The notes: generated by a model from the letters alone, not told the origin. Numbered from the stretch's first letter, positions 16,921 through 26,404 are shown. The stretch: 32,000 nucleotides of DNA from Candidatus Electrothrix sp. GW3-4 (GCF_037902255.1 NZ_CP147990.1:1800001-1832000), one strand, 5' to 3'. Numbers and translations are program-made.

Positions 16921-16960
16921 GCCCTGAGTCCCCCCGGATTCAGGGCTTTTCTTTTTTTTT
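16921..16960 (+). terminator. terminator-like hairpin (hairpin family copy 2)
   Basis: GCCCTGAGTCC-cccc-GGATTCAGGGC followed by TTTTCTTTTTTTTT. It has the same stem sequence as 16176-16202. Confidence 0.55.
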
Positions 16961-16984
16961 GCCCTTCTCTTCATCCTCCCGTAG

Positions 16985-17013
16985 TTGCAAAAAAGATCCC
17001 CATTCGTTATCAT
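16985..17013 (+). promoter_or_regulatory. candidate sigma70 promoter
   Basis: TTGCAA (16985-16990), a 17-nt spacer, then TATCAT (17008-17013), about 70 nt upstream of the ATG at 17084. Confidence 0.4.
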
Positions 17014-17083
17014 GCTTCCTGAAGGGAATCATACAGACCAGAAAACAGACAGTATATCAATTCAATGCAGAGGAGACGCCACA

Positions 17084-17482
17084 ATGAACCAGGAAGACGA
17101 CTTACCCACCGACGAAGAAGAGCTTATCGAGTTGGCCAAGAAGATTATTAAGGCAATGACCAACAACCCGAAATTTTCAAATTTGCCCGTCTCCGTATCA
17201 GAGATGCAGGAGTCGCTTGATAAGCTTATCAAGACAAGAGAGGCGGAAGCTGCTATCTGTGAAGAACAGAAGCGGGTCAAGAAGAAACTGCAGGCCGCCT
17301 GGGAGGATGTGTGTTCTGCGCAGCAGAGGATACGGGCATATAACAGGAAGCATGGTATACGCGACAACAGCACCAACTTGTTGGCATCCGGCATGCCCGG
17401 ACTGGCTAACCGTGTCTTCTCTCAGCTCCCTGACCAGGACGATACCTTGCAGATTCCAAAAAAGGACAAAAACACTGACTAA
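17084..17482 (+). CDS. hypothetical acidic/coiled-coil protein (132 aa)
   Basis: The ATG at 17084 is preceded by GGAGA at 7 nt; the TTG at 16985 in the ORF track coincides with the promoter box. No family recognised. Confidence 0.5.
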   Translation: MNQEDDLPTDEEELIELAKKIIKAMTNNPKFSNLPVSVSEMQESLDKLIKTREAEAAICEEQKRVKKKLQAAWEDVCSAQQRIRAYNRKHGIRDNSTNLLASGMPGLANRVFSQLPDQDDTLQIPKKDKNTD

Positions 17483-17554
17483 GGGGGCTCGACCAGAAAG
17501 CAGGAAAGGGAAGAAGGCAACCTGTTTCTCTTCCGACTGAGGTGCAGGCGCCTT

Positions 17555-20500
17555 TTATTCCCACTCGGCCAGATCCGCCCGTATCATCCTGATCTGCCGC
17601 ATGATGGTTTCACGCTGAATGCTGAACCAAATCATTCCCCCGGCAACCAGTCCACCCAATACCATCAAGAGAATTGCTTTGCTCAGGCGGTCTTGCGGAT
17701 AAAAATTGATCAGCTGGCCAGTAATATTTAAGACAAAGAAGATGACTCCGGTAAACAGAAAAGCACGCACCCGCAGGGCTATCCCCAAGGCGATGCCGAC
17801 GAGACTCAGGCCCAGCGCCAGGACGAATACATAAAATTCCGGGCGCAGAAATACATCCAAGGCCGTGCCAGCGTATAAGGCGGCTAAGGCGGTGAGGCGT
17901 ACCGCATTGAGGACACTGGGTTTCAGTTCCAGCATATGTAACTGGAGCATGACCAAGACCGTGATGGCCATGGGCACGGTATAGATCTGCACCAATCTAT
18001 ATCTATTATAGAGGCCGGGAAGCCAGAGATAGATGCCCATATTAAGAGCTAATAAGGCCAAATACACTGGCAGGCTTCGATGCTCATCACGCTGTATCAA
18101 CAAAAAAACAGCGGTAGCAGCAAAGAGGGTGCTGCCAGCGTAGACCGAGCCGACCTGCCAGGGCACAGTACCTAAGGCCATGAGGGGAAAGAGCAGGGTG
18201 ACCCGGTAAAGCGGGAGAGAGGTGGGCAGGGCACGTTGCAGGAGCAACACGACAAAGCCAGCACCCATCAAGGCAACCGTATCCCAGAGGGTAAAAGGTG
18301 CCAGGCCCGCCCAAAGCAAACGGACATAAGCTGCCAGGATCAGCATTACCGCAGTCAAACCATAGACCAGCAGGTTATGGCTTTTAATTTTGTGCATCCA
18401 CAGGCCGGTCAGGAGTATTCCGGCTGCAATTGCCGCCACATTATCCCAATACCCCAAGAGCTGCATTGCCCTGCCGCTGCCAGCAGCTGGCGCGATAATC
18501 TCTGTGAGAAAAAACAGGACATGGCCCAGCCATTCCAGGGCTGCCACCATCGACAAGACCGGCATCAACCAACGGAATATCCATAATGCCCTCCTTTCCT
18601 CCTGAGGGGGAGAACCTGCCTCTGCTGACAGCTGCCATCCCCTTTGCATTCCTACAACCAACCAGCTCAACAAGGCGAACTGGAGGGCATTCCAGGGCAA
18701 TAAGGCGGCCCATTGCGCCTGGGGCAGCCAGATCTTCCAGTGGAGATGCAGGGCGATGAGCAACAGGGCCACGCCTCCTGTCTGCCATTGCCGTGCTGTC
18801 TTTTGTGCTTCCGACAGTCCTAAGAGTCCTAAGACCACGCTTGACCCGCCCAACAGGACCAAGCTGAGCAGTTGTTCGCCCGCACTAAGATTCGGCATAA
18901 GGACCAGACCTAATAAGGCGATGCTGAATGTGACAGGTAAGCAATTTCGGGCGGCAGTACGCAGCTCTTCATGAAGATGAATTGAGGGTATAGAGAAATC
19001 CTTTGCCAAAAACAACAGGAGGAGAACACTCAGGCTGAAGAGAAGTGGCAGGCTGAGAGAGTTGATAAAAAGCAGGATCAACGCAGCCTGTCCGGCAACA
19101 ATCAGCATGTGCGCAGTCAAGGAGCGTGGACGCAGCCAGAAGGCGTGCTCAAAAGACAGGGCCAGGGCTGCCCCAAGGGCCATGACCCGCCCGTCCACCC
19201 CAACTGGCAGATGAACAAGGCCCGCTTCATGGAAAAATGCAGAGAGTATGAGGAGGGTAAGACCACACAAGCCGCAACTGAACAGCAGAACCGGCCAGAA
19301 AAAAAGAGGCAAGGTCTGTTTCAGACGATTTTTCAGGAAGACCGGGAGATGAAGCAGCAGGTTGAGCCAGATCAGCAGCCCAGATACATACGCTACTGAT
19401 GGAGAGCCGGGCAGCAGCTGCAGCAGCTCACTGACAACACTCCCGTTGCTCGTTGTGGGCAAAGGCAGGAGAGGAAACAGCTCCAAGAGGAGCAAGGCAC
19501 CGGTCCAGGTCAAAGAGAAGGAGGACAGCCAGGTGAGCCAGTGCCAGCCAGCTGTGCCTTGGAGCAGGAAGAGATGCAGGGTTGCAAGCGCCAGCAGGGG
19601 CCAGGAAAGATGGTGGTTTATTATAGTCCATGTCCCAACGCTGCCCAACAAGAGGATAAAACTTAATACTAAGGAAAAATCGGGAGAAATGGCCCATTGC
19701 GGCCAACGCAGATTCAAACGGGGCAAGGCATGGGTGCCTGCGGCCCAGAGGATGAAGGTCCAGCCTGTTACTGCCAGGGCAAGAGACCCCGGTTTTCCCG
19801 CCCCCAAAGAAAGCAGGTGCAAAGGCAGGAAGTTGCAAAAGCTGATAAAGGCAAGGGTCAAGAGCAGCGGCAGAGCAAGGCCTCTGAGCATCCGCGAGGT
19901 GTCTGATGAACGAGTCAGCAGCGGGATTTGGCCCAGGGCCAGCAAGACGAATATTGCGGGCAGCCAGATAGGTATTGCCTGTGGCCATCCTGTCCGCAGC
20001 AGGTGCAGGCTTTCTCCTAAGGCCCAGCAATAGCTCAGGAAGGGCACCGCCAGCAGGAGCCATGCCCCTATTCCCAACTCAGCTGTTCCCTCTTTTGCCT
20101 TCTCCAGGAAAACCAAAGCAATGCTCAAACCGCTCAATAGGACCAGGATGAGCAGACGTGCTTCCAGGGCAAGATCTGCAAACAGCAAGGTGGCCAAAGC
20201 GGCAGTATACAAAAACGGCAACCATTTCCAGATAACTTCTTTGCGTATTTTTGTGAGAGATACGGCATCTCCCTGCTCCTCTTCCTGCTCATCCTCTGCG
20301 CTGGACAGAGACAGGAAATAAATCGTTTGCAGCAGGGCGGCCCACAACACCAACAGCAGCGGCACCTGAACCATGGCTGCTGCTGTTTTCAAGAGCAGCA
20401 CACCGTTTGTCAGGGCAAGGAGAAGAAGATGGGCGAAGAAAAATCTCCATCGCACAGGGAAACGGGAAGAGAGAAGAAAGAGATGAAGAAACGAAAAGAC

Positions 20501-23500
20501 TTGCACTGCTGCCAGGATAATGAGTACTGTCTGCTCTTGCAGACTGGTGAGCCAGGTTACGCTGTTCAGGATGTCCATGTTGAGGCAAAGGGCAGAAACA
20601 ACCAGGGTCAACAGGACCAGGACAGCGCAGAGCAACAGGCAGGGCCAGAAGAAGAAGGCCCTTTGCAGGCGACGCTGCGTCACGGAAGGTGGTGCATCTC
20701 TGCCCGTTATTCGTAGGATGATGGGCATAATTTGGACGACCAGGTTGAGCCATACGGCTGCGCTGATCAGCAAGGGCAGATGCAAAGGACCTTGTCCTTG
20801 GGGAAGAAGAACAAGCAGCAGATCAAGACCGCTGACCGTAACAGCCAGGCCAGCCAGCCAGGGCAACCACGGCCAAGGTACAGTGCAGCAGATCAGCAGC
20901 AGATACCCTGTTGCCCCGAGCAATATGGGCCAAAAAGGCAGGCCCGAACCCCCTGAGGCGAGCAATCGTGCCAACAAGCTGGAGACCAAGGTGGTCAAGA
21001 CCAGAGCCAGCCCTGCAATGGGCCAGGGGGCAGGGGGGAGAAAACAGTGCGGAAACCGGGCATTCAATCTTGGCAGCAGGAAGACCCCTGTCCCCAGCAG
21101 GACGAGGCTCCAAACTATGAGGACATACGGAAAGAGATAGGTATTGCCGGTAAAGGAACTGGTCAGGGCCATGGTTAAAAAGACGACTATGCCGACACTA
21201 CCGACATTGCCGACATTGCGAAGACGAGTTCTATCCCCGATGGTGTGCAGAATGGATTGGCAAGAGAAGGCCAAGGCCATAAAGAACCAGGGCAAGCCGA
21301 GTTCGGTATTTCCCATTTTCAGACTTTGCCCAAACAACAAGGTATTGCAGAGCAATGCCCAGAGAAAGAGGATAATCGCGCTATGCTGCACAGGGCGACG
21401 GTATAGACTTTCATCAGAGGTATGAAGCAGGTAGGCTGTCAAGGAAAGTGCGGTTGCGAGCAGGGTCAGCATGGGAGCAGCATGCCGGACCTGGAGCAGG
21501 GTTGGCAAAGAAAGGGCAGCCAGCCAGGCATACAGGGTGCAGCCCATCAGAGCGGCGTAGCCGATGAACAGGTAGCTGTGCAAGCGCAGGGTATAACGTT
21601 GTCCGCTCTGCCAGAGAAAAAGCAGGACAAAGGCGAGGGCCATGAGCAAGGCGGCAAAGGGAAGGGGGATTTCCCGGAAAGGAGCGCCACCCTGAGCCGC
21701 TGTAATGACAGACCAACAAGCCACACCTGTACTGAAAAAAGCAAAGAACAAGGCGGTCCAATGGAGTGTCTGTTCACTGAGTCTACTGCCGCCGAGATCT
21801 CCGTAGCCGCCCTGCCATCCCAGAAGGTTGACAAGTCGAAGAGCAAATGCTGTGCGCAGGAGCAGGCTGCATCGCCAGAGCAACAGGGTGAAGCCCATAA
21901 CCAGACAGGGTTGCCAGAGGGAGGAAACCGGGATGAGGACCAGCAGGGCCTTGATCAGCAGGATGGCGACCAGGGGCAAGAGGCAGATCAAGCTGCCCAT
22001 TTGGAGAGGAGGGGATGCCTTTGTTTGCCCAGCTGCCAACAGGCTGGTCAGCGCGCCCAGCAAGGCGAGCACTGCCCAGGAAAAACCGGGCTGGGGCAGG
22101 AAAATGCCAGGGATACTCTTGCAAAGGGCTATCAACCACAAGAGATAGAAAAACTGGCGCAAAGGAGGCCGAACCAGCTGGGTGCGGGTAGGGAAACGGT
22201 TGCTGGCCACCGGGAAGAGCCCGAGTAACAGAACTGAGGGTCTTTCTTTCGTTTTTTTGGTTGGTTTTGACTCTGCTGCATCAGCTAAATCAGCTGGCAA
22301 CGGGGACGGGGCCGTGAGTTTTTCTGTCAGGGCGGTGCGAAGGAATACGCGCCGTTGCAGATACCACTGTACTCCCCAGAGGACGAGGGCCGCAAGCAGG
22401 ACTCCCTTGCCACTGGAGACCGGGATGTAGTGTGTTTTCAGCAGGTAAAATCCGGCGCCGCCAAGGATCATTGCCCCATAGAATAAGGCTTGGTTACGCA
22501 GGCCGAGACTGAGCCAGAGGAGGCCCCCGCCTGCCGCGATCAACAGGCAGGAGATCAGAGGATCCGCAATAAGGGCGGTAAGGTCAAGGCCGGAGTGCGT
22601 CAGCCAACTCCCTGTGATGACAAGAAGGCCTAGTGCAATACTCAAGAGGGCCGAGTTGAATAATGCCTCTTGCCCCTCTGTAATCTTTTTGTGTAAGCGG
22701 CGGAGCCCCCAGCCTGTCCACAGATAGGCCAAGGCAATGAGTCCGCTGCTGAATTGTTCCGGCCAACTCCCCATACGCACAGTCAGCACAGTCAGCACAG
22801 GCGTGTAGGCCAAGGTCAGGGAGAGCAGCCCTGTCAGCATATAATAGCCTTTGGCAGACCCTGGAGCAGAAGCAGAGGTACTGCTGTCAGCGTGCAGGAG
22901 ACCTAGCGGGGTGAGGCCCAGGATCTGCAAGACCAGGGCGGCCGCTGCCAGCGGGGTGAGCATGGGGATGATTCCTTGCGCAGGAAAGGGGCTGTGCAGC
23001 AGACTCCAGAGAACCAACACAGGGATCAATGCCAGCATGGTTTTCTGGACCACCAGGGCCAATGCGCTTGCATTTCGTCGCTGGGCCAGACGATGTACCC
23101 CTATGATGGCGGAGAAGCCGGGCAGGGCGAGCAGGAAATGCCAATGACCGGGAAAAAACTGTAAGATGGATTGGGCGTATAAGGCAGTAAAGCAGGCCAG
23201 GAGGAGATAGAGCGGCGCCAGGGTGAGATATTTCCAGACCATGCCGCCATAGAGCAAGACGCCAATGACCAGGCTCAGGAATAAGGGCAGGGTGAAGAGA
23301 TACTCTCCCCCTGTTCCTCCGGCCAGGGAAACCAGCAGGGCCAACACGGACAGGGCATAGATAACAAAGGTAAAACGGCTGAGCGGGGCATAGTTCCGTA
23401 CCCAGTCCTTGAATTGAATATCCACGGAAAAGAGCAAAGCGCACAGGATCATGAGAAATGGCCCGGCATAGCCTTTGGGCAGGTCCATGCCCGCACCCAG

Positions 23501-25015
23501 GGTCAGGTGAATAAAAGACACTACTGCCGCATAGATCAGGGTCCCTGCTGCATAATAGGCGACTTTGCGTTTATCCATAAAAATGGAGCGGAGCCAGTGG
23601 CGGGTGAAACGCTGTAAGGCATAGCCCAACAGGGCCAGCAGGATGAGGTGCAGGGCTGCCAGCCAAAGCCAGTGCAGCGAGGGATTGAGCAAGGGGACAA
23701 AGAATTGCAGGGCTGCCAGCCCCATAAATAACAAGGGATGTTCCTTGCTCAGGCTCCGGTCGATGAGCCCGGAGGCCAGACGGACAGCCACAGCAAAGCT
23801 GCTCAGGAGAACAAGGGCAACTATTACCGCAAGAGCGAGGAACATCCCATTGGAGCCAGCAGCTGTGATCAGGCGTACACAGGCTGTCAGATTTAAGGGG
23901 ACCAGCAAGACCCCCAAGGCCAACAGGATACCGCTGGAGGTGATCAGTTCCGGCCGTTTTCGACGCAAGAGATATCCTCCCCCCAACAGGATGCCTGTGT
24001 ATCCTACAAGGGAGATAACCACGGCAAGTGCCTTCCAATAGCCTGTGGTTGCGGCCAGCAGATAAATGGAACCGGAGATACCACAGATCCCGGCTATGAA
24101 CCAGCCGATGTTCTGGAGGAAGAAAGGCACCATGATCTGGTACAAAAAGGCGCGGGTCGGTCGACGACGGTATATCTGTTTGACCCAGCTGGACATAAAG
24201 GCTTCCAGGGCGCTGATCCGCTCCGGCTTGGCCCTGTCTTTCTGTTCTTTGGCCGGGGCCTGCTGTTGCGCTTCTGGGATTGTTTCTTCGCGCAGGGTGC
24301 TTCTTGTCGATATGGGTTGTGCAACAGGGGAGGAGGGAATTCTTTCCGGAGCGGGCGTTTTTGCTTGAGGAGTTTTTTGGAAGCGCGTTTGCTTCTCGAT
24401 AGTGGGCCTGACAGTGGCGGTGCCTGGCAAGGACCGGGGGCTGTCCGAGGGGGAACGCTGGGCAGCAGGGGCCTTCTTTGCAAGAGGCGGGACGGCCCGT
24501 GTTGGCATCTGCACCAGAGTTTTTGCGGCAACAGGTGCAGTTTTTTTGTCTGTTGGTTCGGGGGCAGCGTTTTGTTGCCGCCCTGCGTCCTTACTGGCGG
24601 TGCTTTGCTCGGAGAATTCTTCGGAGAAGAGCTGCCAAGGGGGCGGGTCAAGGGGTTGGCCCATGTGCTGTTCCAGCAGGGACCAGGCTGCCTCCAACTG
24701 CTTGCGCCGTGCCTCTCGATTGTACCGCTGCCGATTGCAGAGATGAGTAAAGCGCTTGATCAGCTGGCGATTCAGGCGCTCATAGAGGGAGGAATCAAGC
24801 TGTTCCGCCTCACGGAGTTGGGCCAGTTTCAGGTGCAGCAGGGCCAAATCAGCGAGTTCTTCTTCCGCAGCCGTTTTGGTGTGCTCTTTAACGGCCTTTG
24901 CTTCCCTGATCCTGATTAACAGGAACAGCATGCCTAGAAGCAGGATGGTGCCGATAAGAGAAAATTGCGTAAGAAAAATAATTGCAAAAATGGCTATCAG
25001 TATCCAGCTCTTCAC
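17555..25015 (-). CDS. giant polytopic membrane protein (2486 aa): N-terminal TM anchor, coiled-coil, Pro/Ala/Gln-rich linker, then about 2200 aa of near-continuous transmembrane helices
   Basis: A single uninterrupted 7461-nt ORF. The GTG start has GAGGGG 6-7 nt upstream. Residues 1-35 are hydrophobic, 40-125 are heptad-like (LADLALLHLKLAQLREAEQL...), 130-265 are low complexity, and the rest is dominated by L/A/G/W/F-rich segments. The N-terminal layout is reminiscent of DUF2339-type proteins (recollection, not searched). Confidence 0.9.
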   Translation of the reverse strand: MKSWILIAIFAIIFLTQFSLIGTILLLGMLFLLIRIREAKAVKEHTKTAAEEELADLALLHLKLAQLREAEQLDSSLYERLNRQLIKRFTHLCNRQRYNREARRKQLEAAWSLLEQHMGQPLDPPPWQLFSEEFSEQSTASKDAGRQQNAAPEPTDKKTAPVAAKTLVQMPTRAVPPLAKKAPAAQRSPSDSPRSLPGTATVRPTIEKQTRFQKTPQAKTPAPERIPSSPVAQPISTRSTLREETIPEAQQQAPAKEQKDRAKPERISALEAFMSSWVKQIYRRRPTRAFLYQIMVPFFLQNIGWFIAGICGISGSIYLLAATTGYWKALAVVISLVGYTGILLGGGYLLRRKRPELITSSGILLALGVLLVPLNLTACVRLITAAGSNGMFLALAVIVALVLLSSFAVAVRLASGLIDRSLSKEHPLLFMGLAALQFFVPLLNPSLHWLWLAALHLILLALLGYALQRFTRHWLRSIFMDKRKVAYYAAGTLIYAAVVSFIHLTLGAGMDLPKGYAGPFLMILCALLFSVDIQFKDWVRNYAPLSRFTFVIYALSVLALLVSLAGGTGGEYLFTLPLFLSLVIGVLLYGGMVWKYLTLAPLYLLLACFTALYAQSILQFFPGHWHFLLALPGFSAIIGVHRLAQRRNASALALVVQKTMLALIPVLVLWSLLHSPFPAQGIIPMLTPLAAAALVLQILGLTPLGLLHADSSTSASAPGSAKGYYMLTGLLSLTLAYTPVLTVLTVRMGSWPEQFSSGLIALAYLWTGWGLRRLHKKITEGQEALFNSALLSIALGLLVITGSWLTHSGLDLTALIADPLISCLLIAAGGGLLWLSLGLRNQALFYGAMILGGAGFYLLKTHYIPVSSGKGVLLAALVLWGVQWYLQRRVFLRTALTEKLTAPSPLPADLADAAESKPTKKTKERPSVLLLGLFPVASNRFPTRTQLVRPPLRQFFYLLWLIALCKSIPGIFLPQPGFSWAVLALLGALTSLLAAGQTKASPPLQMGSLICLLPLVAILLIKALLVLIPVSSLWQPCLVMGFTLLLWRCSLLLRTAFALRLVNLLGWQGGYGDLGGSRLSEQTLHWTALFFAFFSTGVACWSVITAAQGGAPFREIPLPFAALLMALAFVLLFLWQSGQRYTLRLHSYLFIGYAALMGCTLYAWLAALSLPTLLQVRHAAPMLTLLATALSLTAYLLHTSDESLYRRPVQHSAIILFLWALLCNTLLFGQSLKMGNTELGLPWFFMALAFSCQSILHTIGDRTRLRNVGNVGSVGIVVFLTMALTSSFTGNTYLFPYVLIVWSLVLLGTGVFLLPRLNARFPHCFLPPAPWPIAGLALVLTTLVSSLLARLLASGGSGLPFWPILLGATGYLLLICCTVPWPWLPWLAGLAVTVSGLDLLLVLLPQGQGPLHLPLLISAAVWLNLVVQIMPIILRITGRDAPPSVTQRRLQRAFFFWPCLLLCAVLVLLTLVVSALCLNMDILNSVTWLTSLQEQTVLIILAAVQVFSFLHLFLLSSRFPVRWRFFFAHLLLLALTNGVLLLKTAAAMVQVPLLLVLWAALLQTIYFLSLSSAEDEQEEEQGDAVSLTKIRKEVIWKWLPFLYTAALATLLFADLALEARLLILVLLSGLSIALVFLEKAKEGTAELGIGAWLLLAVPFLSYCWALGESLHLLRTGWPQAIPIWLPAIFVLLALGQIPLLTRSSDTSRMLRGLALPLLLTLAFISFCNFLPLHLLSLGAGKPGSLALAVTGWTFILWAAGTHALPRLNLRWPQWAISPDFSLVLSFILLLGSVGTWTIINHHLSWPLLALATLHLFLLQGTAGWHWLTWLSSFSLTWTGALLLLELFPLLPLPTTSNGSVVSELLQLLPGSPSVAYVSGLLIWLNLLLHLPVFLKNRLKQTLPLFFWPVLLFSCGLCGLTLLILSAFFHEAGLVHLPVGVDGRVMALGAALALSFEHAFWLRPRSLTAHMLIVAGQAALILLFINSLSLPLLFSLSVLLLLFLAKDFSIPSIHLHEELRTAARNCLPVTFSIALLGLVLMPNLSAGEQLLSLVLLGGSSVVLGLLGLSEAQKTARQWQTGGVALLLIALHLHWKIWLPQAQWAALLPWNALQFALLSWLVVGMQRGWQLSAEAGSPPQEERRALWIFRWLMPVLSMVAALEWLGHVLFFLTEIIAPAAGSGRAMQLLGYWDNVAAIAAGILLTGLWMHKIKSHNLLVYGLTAVMLILAAYVRLLWAGLAPFTLWDTVALMGAGFVVLLLQRALPTSLPLYRVTLLFPLMALGTVPWQVGSVYAGSTLFAATAVFLLIQRDEHRSLPVYLALLALNMGIYLWLPGLYNRYRLVQIYTVPMAITVLVMLQLHMLELKPSVLNAVRLTALAALYAGTALDVFLRPEFYVFVLALGLSLVGIALGIALRVRAFLFTGVIFFVLNITGQLINFYPQDRLSKAILLMVLGGLVAGGMIWFSIQRETIMRQIRMIRADLAEWE

Positions 25016-25247
25016 CGCGTTCCCCTCTGGTTCAAGGATGAAGCCTTGTATACGTCAGCTCCCGAGTCCCCCTCCCCCTCTGGGGAGGGATAATAAGACA
25101 TGAAAGGTGATCCGGCGACTTCAAAGAGTTGTCGGTACTTTCATATAAAATTCCTTCGCCCCTTGGGCTGGGGTAAAAAAATACTTTACAGTTGCGTTGC
25201 AAACAGCGGGGGATCAGGCCCGGAGCTCTTCGTAAGAAAGTAGATGT

Positions 25248-25928
25248 TTACCCAGCGTTTTTCTGCATCTTCATCTTCAGGTCGTTCAGTTCTGTTTCCA
25301 CATCAGCATCTGCCTCCAACTGCAAAAACTCTTTTTCCAAGGGCGACATATCGTTATTCAGCTCGTCCATGGCCTCGGTACGTGCCTCCATTTCCTCCAC
25401 CTTATCTTCCATGCGATCAAAGCGGGCCTGGGCATCCAGACCGGTACGGAAGGTATCCATGGTGCTGTCCATCTGCTGCCGGGCCTCTGTCGCCCGTTGG
25501 CGGGCCAACAAGGTGCTGCGCTTACGCTTGGTTTCTTCCAACTTATTTTCCAGCTGGAGTAGCTGCGCCTTCAGGCGATCACTGGTTGCTTTGGCTGATG
25601 CCCAGGCAGGTTCCAGATTGGTGATGATCTGATCTATTTCTTTTTTTCGGGCCAGCGCAGAACGTGCCAGGTCCTCCTTATCCGCCTGTACGGCTGTTTC
25701 TGCCTTGCTCAACCATTCCTGAGAGTGATTACGATGCTTTTCCAGTTCGCGAAACAACTGCTTTTCACTGGCTATGGCATTTATAACGCCTTCTTTGGCC
25801 TGGCGAATATTATCCTCCATCTCGCGGATGATCTGTTTGATTATCCGTTCAGGATCTTCCAGCCGATCAATCAGGTCGTTCAGATTGGCGTTGATGATGT
25901 CGCTGACCCGCTTAAATATACTGCTCAT
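25248..25928 (-). CDS. pspA: phage shock protein A (PspA/IM30/Vipp1 family, ESCRT-III-like)
   Basis: 226 aa. MSSIFKRVSDIINANLNDLIDRLEDPERIIKQIIREMEDNIRQAKEGV...ALARKKE...LEETKRKRSTLLARQRATEARQQM is the canonical PspA. AGGAGGGG lies 4 nt upstream of the ATG. Confidence 0.95.
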   Translation of the reverse strand: MSSIFKRVSDIINANLNDLIDRLEDPERIIKQIIREMEDNIRQAKEGVINAIASEKQLFRELEKHRNHSQEWLSKAETAVQADKEDLARSALARKKEIDQIITNLEPAWASAKATSDRLKAQLLQLENKLEETKRKRSTLLARQRATEARQQMDSTMDTFRTGLDAQARFDRMEDKVEEMEARTEAMDELNNDMSPLEKEFLQLEADADVETELNDLKMKMQKNAG

Positions 25929-25972
25929 GGTACCCCTCCTGTCGTTGTTTCACCTGGTTGAAAACAAGTACG

Positions 25973-26014
25973 CATTCTTCTCGCAGAATGTAGCATATAT
26001 CAAATCCGTCGTAA
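25973..26014 (-). promoter_or_regulatory. candidate pspA promoter with an overlapping inverted-repeat operator
   Basis: On the minus strand, TTACGA (26014-26009), a 16-nt spacer, then TACATT (25992-25987). The palindrome CATTCT-n6-AGAATG (25973-25990) overlaps the -10/TSS. A third AGAATGCGT half-site lies at 26031-26039. Confidence 0.4.
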
Positions 26015-26202
26015 CTCTTTATTTTAAGATAGAATGCGTCCTTTGCCTACAAAAACAAACTGCGGCCTTGCGCTTTTCTTCTTGTTCCTTTATCTGAAAA
26101 CTGTTACCGCTAACAAAATTATTACAGCTTGAGTTAACCTGTTCAGCTGATCGGATCGAGAGAGGAAGTATCGCATGGCCCAGGATATAATCAGGAGAAA
26201 AA

Positions 26203-26404
26203 ATGAAGTTATCGAGAGAGGATGTAGACCTTTTTTATCGCCTTATGTGGGGATTGCAGTTTTTTGTCAATTGTGAAAAGAAGATAGTTTCCGACATAAC
26301 AAGTCTTGCAGCATATGAAGAAACCAGCACCGAGGAAAAAACGAAAGTCCGGGCTGCACTCTATGAACGTCCTCAACTGATTGACGCCTTTATCTGGAAA
26401 AATC
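26203..26404 (+). pseudogene. 5' part of a 272-aa conserved hypothetical gene split by an IS
   Basis: GGAG-n5-ATG; MKLSREDVDLFYRLMWGLQFFVN...RPQLIDAFIWKN. The frame continues exactly into 28272 once the IS and one 8-bp duplication are removed. Confidence 0.75.

Noticed and set aside
17555-25015. Dozens of 60-270-aa ORFs on both strands overlapping the giant gene.
   Set aside because: The single 7461-nt frame is uninterrupted and has coherent membrane-protein composition. The overlapping ORFs are Arg/Gly/Pro/Gln-rich, as expected from off-frame reading of GC-rich coding DNA.
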